Below, in pieces: positions 48,373-64,000 of a stretch of DNA of 64,000 bases. The notes below the pieces were generated by a model that saw only the letters and a list, made by a program, of their open reading frames with translations, was not told the origin of the DNA and ran no database searches. The stretch lies in the NCBI RefSeq assembly GCF_009914755.1, contig NC_060944.1; one strand, written 5' to 3'. Both the position numbers and the translations under genes were made by a program. Each line of letters starts with the position of its first letter. Position 1 is the stretch's first letter. The DNA comes from the human T2T-CHM13v2.0 reference genome, Homo sapiens.

Positions 48373-50917
48373 TAGAGCATTTCCTGTTATTCAAGGGAAA
48401 CAAATGGAAACATCTATAGACCTATATGTTCCATAGGGCAAGATTGAACCGCTTAGGACTCTAAAAGTTTTTACTCTGCCTACTTAGTCATTATCCCTGG
48501 CAGCACCTTTGCTGCTGTGGGAAATGCAACTCATTTATTACCACCCTCCATTTTATGGTGGTTCCTTGGAGGCACTCCCCCACCCCAAGTCATTTTAACC
48601 TTTGGGAAGGGCTGAAATGCTGTGCTTTTAGTCATTAGTTGCATTTATGTAACTGTAGCTCTAAGGTTGTCTTTCCCGCACAAATGCCGGCAAAGCCAGT
48701 ATTGCAGGCCTTGTAGATAAAGGTTGACGGATTTCATTCTTTTTAAAAAATTACTCCTTGAGCTTTTAACAGGTTCAAGGCAAGGAGCTCTCAAGGTAAA
48801 CAAAGATGAATAAGGCAGTCCCTACTTTTTATAATCTCAAAGTCTAAAATTATGGAAGGTGCCCTCTTACTGTAAATATAACTCATAAAAAATCATATGG
48901 GGGCTTTAGGGAGGATGTAGCTGTCTCCCTTCTGGCTTCTGTTGGCATTCCTTGGCTGTAGCCATGTCGATCTCTGCTCTGTCTTCACATTGCTCTCTCC
49001 TCTGTGTCTAATCTCCTGCCTCTCTCGTAGGGATATACATGATTATATTTAGGGCCCACATGGATACTCCAGGATAAATCCCTTCTCTCTTAGCTTAGTC
49101 ATATCTTTTGCCATGTAAGGTAATACTCTTCTTGCCATGTAAGATAATATTCACAGTTTCCAGGGATTAGGAAGTGAATTAATTTTGTTGGGGGGAGTTT
49201 TCTGCCTACCCATAGACAGCAATCACAGGAGGTTTTTCTTAGTGGCTTCTAGGGATGTGAACAGGGAGGAGAAAAGACTGAGAGTAAAGGGGGAGATGAG
49301 GGAAGGGTGAGATGTAATCAGGAACAGAGAGCAGCAGTTTTGCTTGGCTGGAGCAGGTGGTGTGAGGGATGGACTAGGATGGATTGTGGAGGACCTCGAA
49401 TGGGAACAGTTTGTCTAATTCATTAGGCAAAAATGAATGGGGGAGGGATGTAATCAGAGCTGTGCTTTTTGAAGATTAATATGGTAGTGTATGGAGAATA
49501 AATGAGAGAAGGGAGGAATTTGTGGAGATGCCAATTAGGAGGCCAGCTTAGTAGTGAAGGGTTGATCTGCAGGCTTCAGCAAGGGTGCTAGCTGTGAGAA
49601 TGGGAAAGACCCTAAATGAAAGGGTCTGCATAGTGTGAGAACTGAGGAGGTGTGTAGGGTAGGGGATTTGGCAACAGTGATGCGGACAGTGTTTTCCATG
49701 GGGCACATTTCAGGGAGATTAGGGTCTTGAAGGAAAGCAGAAGGATGAACTAGTGTGGGTGGGAAAGATGGTGGTTGTTTTTGAACCCACTGAGTTGGAG
49801 GTATCTTGTTGGCAGGTTGAAAGTTTGCACTGGAGCTTGGAGGAGAGGACATAACTCGTGTTATGGGAGCTGGTCCACAGAAGAGAGGCTGAATGGCAGG
49901 GTCAGCTCACTAAGGGGCAGTGTGGAGATACAGCCTGGGGGAGTTACTGGCATTTAGGAAGTGTGAGGAGGAAGAACTGAGAAGATGTCATTGGAGAGGA
50001 TTCAGATGCGATTAATTGTAAATGCAGGCAGCCAGTCACATTGACTAAAAAGAAAAAAAGGAATCCATTGGCTCATGTAACTTAGAAGACTAAGGTAATT
50101 CTAGCTTCAGGCCTGGTTTAATCCAGGGGCTCAAATGTCACCAAGCTTTGGTCTCCCTCCATCTCTTGGCTCCCCCTCATGTTGGCTTCATTTTTGGGTT
50201 TTAAATGGTAGTAGCTAGATGTAGCAAGATGTTGGCCAGCAGGTGAAAGTCCCATGGGAAAGGTCATGCCTTCCTCCTGGTGGCTCCAGAAGCACAGGAA
50301 ATTGCTGTTACGTGTTCTTGTCATCTCTGACCTGGTCACTGTGGTCAAGGGAGCACAGTGCTCTGATGAATCAGGTCTAAATTATGTGCCTACACTTGGA
50401 GTAGGGGGTGGGAAGAGTACTCCAAAGCAAAATAAAGGGACCATTACTGCACAGAGTGGAACAAAGCTAGGTAGTAAGACACTAAATGTTCAGGGCACCA
50501 GGGATCTGGGTGGGAGGGGGAATGGTGGTACGCAAAGCAAGGATTGGTTGGATGCTACTGAGATGGCTGTGAGGATGCTGGAGAACAGTGTGTGGGGCTT
50601 GACAGTCAGCAGTTAATCTTTCAGGAAACGGTTTTCTGACACAGTGTAGGCTGAAGCCAGACTCAGGAAGTTTGGGGACATATGGTAGGTGCAGACTTTG
50701 TAAAATAGTTTGGAAGTAAAGAGGGGGAGAAGTGGATTGGTGGCTCCAGGCCAAATGGAGTTGAAAGAAAAATGGTTTTAGGACAAACATCTGAAGAGTG
50801 GAAAAAAATCTGAGAGAAAGGATCATGATGGTAGAGGCAGAGAAAGGAGGAGTTGATTGGCATAGGAGAGCACTGGAAGATGCGGGACCTGGGGCCTGGG
50901 CAGGGAAAGAGAGGCCA

Positions 50918-51275
50918 TGTCTCAGTCTGTTTGGGCTACTATAATGAAACACCATGAGCTCAGTGGCTTATAAACAACAGAAGTTTATTTCTCATTGTTT
51001 TGGGGTCTGGGAAGTCCAAGATTATGGCGCCAGCAGATTGAGTGTCTGGTAAGGAGCTGCTTTCTGGTTCATCCAGGGCTTCTCACTGAGTCCTTATGTG
51101 GTGGAAGAAGGATTTCTCTGGGACCTCTTTTATAAGGGTGCTAATCCCATTAATGAGGGGTTCAGCCTCATGACCTAATCACCTTCCAGTAGCTCCATCT
51201 TCTAATACCATTGAGATGGGGGTTAGGATTTCAGCGTATGAATTTTGGGGAGACATAAATATGCAGACCACCGTA
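50918..51275 (-). mobile_element. MLT1A-type MaLR solo LTR
   Basis: tgtctcagtctgtttgggctactataa...gtggcttataaacaacagaagtttatttctca...ttcagcgtatgaattttggggagaca. Confidence 0.8.
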
Positions 51276-51371
51276 GGCCAAGACTTCAGATTGGGGTAGG
51301 TGGCAGGCACTTATTTCACTTCTTTCTGAAGGAGCTTGTTACTGACAGATTATCATTTTAGGTCCTTTAGT

Positions 51372-51562
51372 TCAAGCTTGTCTGACCCACGACCCAACAC
51401 AAATTCGTAAACTTTCTTAAAACATTATGAGTTTTTTGTTTTTTGTTTGTTTGCTTGTTTTAGCTTATCAGCTATCGTTAGTGTTAGTGTATTTTATATG
51501 TGGCCCAAGACAGTTATTCTTCTTCCAGTGTGGGCCAGGGAAGCCAAAAGATTGGCTCCTGC
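51372..51562. mobile_element. MER30 (hAT-Charlie) non-autonomous element, followed by Alu 51570-51882(-)
   Basis: cccaacacaaattcgtaaactttcttaaaacattatgag...tggcccaagaca...agggaagccaaaagattgg. Confidence 0.8.
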
Positions 51563-52574
51563 TTTAGGTCTTTTTTTTTTTTTTTTTTTTTTAAGACAGA
51601 GTTTTGCTCTTGGTTGCCCAGGCTGGAGTGCAATGGCACAGTCTCGGCTCACTGCAACTTCTGCCTCTCGAGATCAAGTGATTCTCTTGCCTCAGCCTCT
51701 TGAGTAGCTGGGATTACAGGCACCTGCCACCACGCCCAGCTAATTTTTTTGTATTTTTAGTACAGACGGGGTTTCACCATGTTGTCCAGGTTGATTTTGA
51801 GCACGTGACCTCAAGTGATCTACCTGCCTTGGCCTCCCAAAGTGCTGGGATTACATGTAGGTGTAAGCCACTGGGCCTGGCCTAGGTCATCATTTTTTAA
51901 ACAACCCTGTAAAATCTCACCAAGATTTTTCACTTGTTTCCAGATTATAATGGATTCTGTTTGACTCTGGTCTCCAGGTTGTCAAATGACATATTTTCAG
52001 GATATAAGACTATAAGTAGACTTTTCTATTAACAGTAAAGCTTGTGAATCTTGGTTTGATATGTACAAACAGAGCCACCACTATGTACCCCAGTTTCTGG
52101 TTGGAGTGACAGAATGAGAACACAGCCAATTTCTGAGCAGCTAGCGGTTTGGGGACACAGTAGGAATTTAATACTGGGTGATCGTTGTATCTTACAAGGT
52201 GCATCCTCAAGTAGTAATAACTCATTTGTCAGAGATATATGGTGGTGTTTTGCAGTGATTTGCAAACTGTGTTCTCTGCTGATACGTTAGGGGTTCTCCA
52301 AACAAAATTTAAATCTGACAGTGAAGATGAATTGAGACTCCTTCACGCTGTTATCTCAGCACAGGTGAGGGTGAGGCACTTGATGTTAGGAAAACCTTGC
52401 TTTAACCCATGTGTCTTTGCGATGGAACAGAAGGATAAGCGAGCCGCTTTGAAAATCAGATTGAATTTTTTTTTTGTAGTAAAGTTTTATCAAACATTTA
52501 AGACCTTTACAAACTTGACTAAATTTTGTTATTCATTTCAAATTAATATCAGAAATCTAATGTGTTACATTTTC

Positions 52575-52765
52575 TTTTTTTTAATATATATTTTAAATTA
52601 TACTTTAAGTTCTAGGGTACATGTGCACAACGTGCAGGTTTGTTACATATGTATACATGTGCCATGTTGGTGTGCTGCACCCATTAACTCGTCATTTACA
52701 TTAGGTATTTCTCCTAATGCTTTCCCTCCCCCTCCCCCCACCCCACAACAGGCCCCAGTGTGTGA
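52575..52765 (-). mobile_element. 5'-truncated young L1PA 3' end
   Basis: ttatactttaagttctagggtacatgtgcacaacgtgcaggtttgttacatatgtatacatgtgccatg..., close to consensus. Confidence 0.93.
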
Positions 52766-53884
52766 CATAAATTTTATGTCAGATAATGTAGAACAGAGAA
52801 GCATCAAAAAATGACTCAATGGTCTTGATAAATTCATTTGAAGATGAAATTATGTTAAAATTTTATAGTTCAGTAATTTAAAAGTATATTATAGTTTTTT
52901 TCTTTTTGTTTTGGATGATTTGCATGTAAACAAGTGTAAGGAATCTTTGTAAAGCATCAGAAGAAAATTTTAGGTGTTTTGATGTTCATTAACAGACTAT
53001 TAGCAAGATGTCAAAGGAATAATAATGCCTGTGCAGATGGTAACTGCTTTGTTCTGTTCCTCTTTTCCCCCAAAACAGATTTGTAAAAATTGTATTTGTT
53101 ACATTATTCACAAACCTTTTCTACAAAATATATACCAAACTGGGTTCTTTTGAAAGATTTTTCTAGTAATTTTTAGGTCATTTCCATATATATTATGTGC
53201 AGTTTAAAAAGCAAACCAACCCTAGTTTGTTAAATAATTACCCTGTTTTTACTTAAAAAAAATGGGGTTGTGCACCTGTGTAAAGTTTGTACATCTTAGC
53301 AGTATAAATTACTGACACATTTTTAAAAATGAAGTAAAAACTCAGAATCCTTGTGATTCAGTGCCCTTATGTTTTTAAAAAAGAGGAAAAAATAATGCAA
53401 GATTCAGAATATTGGAGTGGTTGATATGCCTTCTTCATTTTAGTTTTTGACTGGCTGCTCATATGCCGATGATGATGAAGCTGAGCTGTTTGTGCCACTG
53501 CCATTTGATGCTGCGAGAATCACAACTGTTTCATCTGTTGCTGCTGCTATTAAAAGGCAGAGTAGTAACTGGCCACTGAATTAAATTTAAAAGAAAGGCA
53601 GGGGAGAGCCGGCATCTCTGCTGAGGATGGCTTTGCTTAGGTCTTTTCTTAGCCCTGCAACTACTTAACACTTCATATGCTTGCTGAAGGGGTAGGTCTG
53701 CCCTTGACTGGTTGAACCTTGTTCAGAATCCTGTTCACCTGGCTGTTGAGGACTAGAAGTTGTAGGTTGCTGAGGTGGTGTTGGGGGTTCTAGCCCCCTC
53801 CTCACAGTAGTAGGGGAACCAGAGTTTTGGGGAGCCTTAGCAGTTTTCTTCCTGGTTGCAGGTTGGGGTGGATACAGCTGTTAG

Positions 53885-54835
53885 ACTGTCTGCATTGTCC
53901 AGTATAGTAGCCACTAGCCACATGTGGCCAATTAAACCTTTTCTTACTGTGGCTAAATATTATATATATCATAAAATTGATAATTTTAACCATTTTCAAG
54001 TGTATGGTTCTATGGCATTGAGTACGTTAACATTGTTTTGCAACTGTCACCAGAACAAACATTCCAGAATATTTTCATCTTCCCCAAATGAAACTCTGTA
54101 CCCATTAAACAACTCTCCCCTCTCACTCCCCCAGCCCCTGACAACCACCATTCTATTTTCTGTCTCTACGAATTTGACTACTCTAGGTACCTCATGTAAG
54201 TGGAATCATATATTTGTCCTTTTGTGTGTGGCTTATTTCACTTAGCACAATGTCCTCAAGGTTCATCCATGTGGTAGCATGTGTGAGAATTTCCTTCCTT
54301 TTTAAGGCTGAATAATATGCCACTGTATATGTATACTACATTTTGTTCATTCCTTTGTTGATAGATACTTGGATTGCTTCTACTTTTTTGTTTATTGTGA
54401 ATAAGGCTGCTATGAACATGGGTGTACAAATATCTCTTTGAGTCCCTGCCCTCAGTTCTTTTGGGTATATACCCAGAAGTGGAATTGCTGAGTCATGTGG
54501 TAATTCTATATTTGATTTTTTGAGGAACTGCCAGGCTGTTTACTATAGCAGCTGCATTATTTTACATTCTGACCAACAGTGCACAAGGGTTTCAGTTTTT
54601 TCACATCTTCTCCAGTACTTGTTATTTTGGTTTTTCTTTTTTCTTTTTTGAAAATAGCCACTCTAGTGGATGTGAAGTGTGTGGCAGTTTAAATTTAATT
54701 AAAAATAAATACATAAATTCACTTCCTTAGTCTCGCTAGCCACATTTTAATTGTTCAATAAGCCACACACAGCTGTGGCTCTCATATTGGACAGTATAGA
54801 GAGAACATTTCCATTATTGCAGAAAGTTCTATACT
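53885..54835. mobile_element. MER3/MER33-type hAT element split by a minus-strand L1MB insertion (~53940-54680)
   Basis: tgtccagtatagtagccactagccacatgtggc on the left; gctagccacatttt...atattggacag...gaacatttccattattgcagaaagttcta on the right; L1 3' end in between. Confidence 0.78.
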
Positions 54836-55587
54836 GACAAAACCTGGAGGTAGCAGTGGACCTGAAAGGGATTGATCCAAGCCCAGCAGAGTCCCAAGGA
54901 TTCAATCAATTGATAACTGACACATACATTGAGAGGCAATCCATTGATAACTGACACATACTTTGTGTAAGTAGTATAATCCAGTATAGACATAGTTTTA
55001 TATTCTGCCTTTTTCATGTTGCTGCACGGTGTTTATAGTAGTCTTGTTAATAGCTGCACAGAAAGTTGATTTACCGTAATTTACCTAATAATTTTTCCTT
55101 GTTAGGGACATAAAACCAGTTTCTCCTTTTCAGTACTGCAGTAGAGTATGCTCATTTCCCAGTTGTCTCCAGGCCTAGCCCTTCTGGTTTCTTCATCTGT
55201 TCATTTTATCGTCTTGCTCTTTTTTGTCTCCTTACTGTTTTAACCACTCTATTGGACGTACTTGGCCTCTAAGTAAAGTTTGACTAACGCTAACTAGAAC
55301 CAGACCATGCCTGTGTTAATATAGCCTAAAATGCCATTAGCTATTTTTGCTGTTTGAACTGCTTGTACCATCTTGGGTCAAGTGCCTACTCCAAAACAGT
55401 CAAGGTGCACATTGCCTTAGGCTGGGGTAAATGCCTGTTCGTGAACCTATCACTGTGGCAGAGGGGCAGAATTAAAAATAAGTAGACTGTACAAGCTGCT
55501 GTATACCATGAAATAGTTTATGGATTTTTAGGAGGGAACCAACTGCAGTGTCCAGTACCTGGGGGAAGATAGGGAGATAAGAATTAA

Positions 55588-55815
55588 GGGTCGAACATCC
55601 CAAAATCAAAAATTTGAAATTTTCAAAATCTGAAACTTTTTGAGTGCCAATGTGATGCTCAAAGGAAATGCTCATTGGAGCATTTTGAATTTAGGATTTT
55701 CTGATTAGGGATGCTCAGCCAGTAAGTATAATGCAAATATTCCAAATTCTGAAAAGAACTCTGAAATGCAAAACACTTCCGGTCTCAAGCATTTTGGTTA
55801 AGGGGTATTCAATCG
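55588..55815. mobile_element. Tigger4a/MER46A-like MITE
   Basis: aaaatctgaaactttttgagtgccaatgtgatgctcaaaggaaatgctcattggagcatttt...tcaagcattttggttaaggggtattcaa. Confidence 0.75.
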
Positions 55816-55919
55816 CTACCTCTCAGGTTTCTGGCTTATGCAGGGTATATAGACTCGCATGCTGTCAACTGATTGACTAGGCAAGACTTCAGGATCAGTA
55901 GTTTTACGGACAATGTCAA

Positions 55920-62175
<6,256 letters not shown>

Positions 62176-64000
62176 CTAGGTCCCTCCCCAGGAAAAGCCA
62201 GACCTTAACCACAAGGAACATCCCCTCCTGCCCACTGCTCCCTCTGGCCCTCCCTCACTGCCTTCTCTTGCTTCTGTTATGTTCTGATCTTTGGGTCAGT
62301 GCTGGGTGTGGGGAAGCTTCTGGGCAGTTGGTGGAGAAGCTTTCTGAGCATGAGTTTCTCCAAAAATGCTAATGGCTCTTAACTGAGCCCCTGGTACACA
62401 GGACACTCCATGTGTCCTTCATCCTAAGTGCTTCTGCCTTTCTCTAGAGGGTCTGTGTAAACCAAAAGGGGTGGACCCTCAGAGGAGCTTCCCCCTTCCT
62501 TTAAAGCAGCACTCTTGTTTCCTGTTTATACCAGCACTACAACCCCCTTGGGAAATGGCTGAGGAACTGTGGGAGGCGGTGGTTGAGAGAGAACCTGAGA
62601 GGGTCTGCCCCACCTGGCCTCTGTTCCCGGCCCTCGGGATTGAAAGGGAAGGAAGGAGGAGGGGTGCCTGGGAGCTGGGTGGATATGAGTCAGAAGAGGC
62701 AGGGCAGCCTCTCCCTGCTGTGCTGGTCTCAGTACCCACCAGGAGTGAGGCAGGAGTGGATGCTGGTCTGGTCCTGCTGCCAGGGCTGCTGCAGGGGCAC
62801 CAGTCAGGCACATGAGCAGGAAAGTGGGTACTATCATATCTCAGTGTAGTCTGGACACTTTGGTCCATCATAGGTCAAGTAGAATTAATTAGCTCATTAG
62901 TTCAACAAATCTTGGGGCACCTGCTATGTTCCAGGCACTGCTCAGTGCAGTGGTGAACAGGTAACTCCTGGCCTCTGACACACTGCCGTGTCTGACATGT
63001 ATATGGTGTTTTTACCATGTTCCCAGTTTACACTCATGAACATATGCATATGTCTTGATAATGCCCATTACAAAGCATACATGGGAAAGAAAAGAAGAAT
63101 GAGGTAAGTAGAGATGAGTTCTAAGATTTCCTCCCACACTTTGGCAGATGGTTCAGCTTCAGAGTCTACTAGCATGGACTGTTGCTTTAATGGGTAGCTT
63201 TTGTGTTTCAGACACCACCTTACACAGTTTTGAGTCGGGGCTACCAGTGTGAAAGAGCTTGAAGCAAGGTAGGCAAATGCTGTGCCCAGATCATTTATTA
63301 GCACTTGGCCCCAGCAAGGCCTGATGCTCTCCTTGGGAAGGGTGCCCAGCTTGTCTGGGGTGGGTGTTTTAGGGTCTCGTGCTTCTGTCCTGTGTGCTGT
63401 GGTCAGGCTACTCAGGGGAGTGCGGCAGGCACCTGCTGCTATTCAGTACTTTATAGTTTTCATAGCCTTTCATCGGGGTCGCATTGGTCATCCCAACAAC
63501 CTTCCGAGACAGGGATTCCTTCGCCGCTGAAGACCAGAGGATGGAGGCCTGTGCTGTGTGTCATGAGTGTCAGAGCTGGCCCTGGGCCTTGCTTTCCTGG
63601 ACTGGCCACTGCCTTATTCTGCAGAAAGTTTTTCTTGACATCTCCCCACCTCGCTGTGCCCAGAGGAGCAAACTGATGAATGTGTTCAGCATGTACCACC
63701 TTTCTTGTGGGAAGGAGCATGGGTTCCAGGTCCCTGCCTGCTTCCAGACCCTCTGTGGAAGCTGCCGCTGGCACTCAGCTTCCTTTTCCGGGGTATGAGC
63801 AACTGTGTCTCCAAGCAGAATGCCTTTGTCCACGGGGTGGGGAGGAGCTGGAAGACTGCAGGCCTCCAGGTTCTTTCTCTCAGGTTTCTGTTCCCTTTGG
63901 CGTCCACAGGACATCAGGAGCCAGGTGGCTGGCTGACCTGTCCCCCTCCTCCTCTGTGTCTTCCCCAGGCTGTGCAGTTTCCCCGCTCACAGGGATTTGC

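Noticed and set aside
52239-52814. 191-aa ORF as a gene
   Set aside because: Chimeric: it runs from degenerate old repeat sequence into an antisense L1PA 3' UTR.

Overview
Human (primate) genomic DNA, recognisable from the encoded proteins as the TMEM230-PCNA-CDS2 locus on chromosome 20p. Minus strand: the 5' part of TMEM230 (exon 1 CDS 6455-6388, an Alu-derived exon 5023-4918, and the exon 2864-2751 carrying the MMPSRT start), then the complete PCNA gene (six coding exons, 786 nt = 261 aa + stop, 13221-8706) with a distal non-coding first exon (~20040-19918) that shares a CpG-island bidirectional promoter with CDS2. Plus strand: CDS2 exon 1 (20511-20567, MTELRQRVAHEPVAPPEDK); the remaining ~43 kb is repeat-rich CDS2 intron 1 (dozens of Alus, L1, L2, MIR, MER21/MLT LTRs, DNA-transposon fossils). 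There are two small-RNA retrocopies (Y4-like at 7418-7506, SNORA26-like at 14839-14961). I see no clearly new gene system. The most interesting signals are splice-dependent uORF arrangements in TMEM230 and the long PCNA transcript, a sense-oriented snoRNA copy inside the long PCNA intron, a pre-miRNA-sized hairpin, promoter motif clusters, and rearrangements that can be reconstructed from the repeats (an Alu-Alu inversion and a recent tandem duplication). Repeat subfamily names and gene/isoform identities come from recall and were not database-checked.
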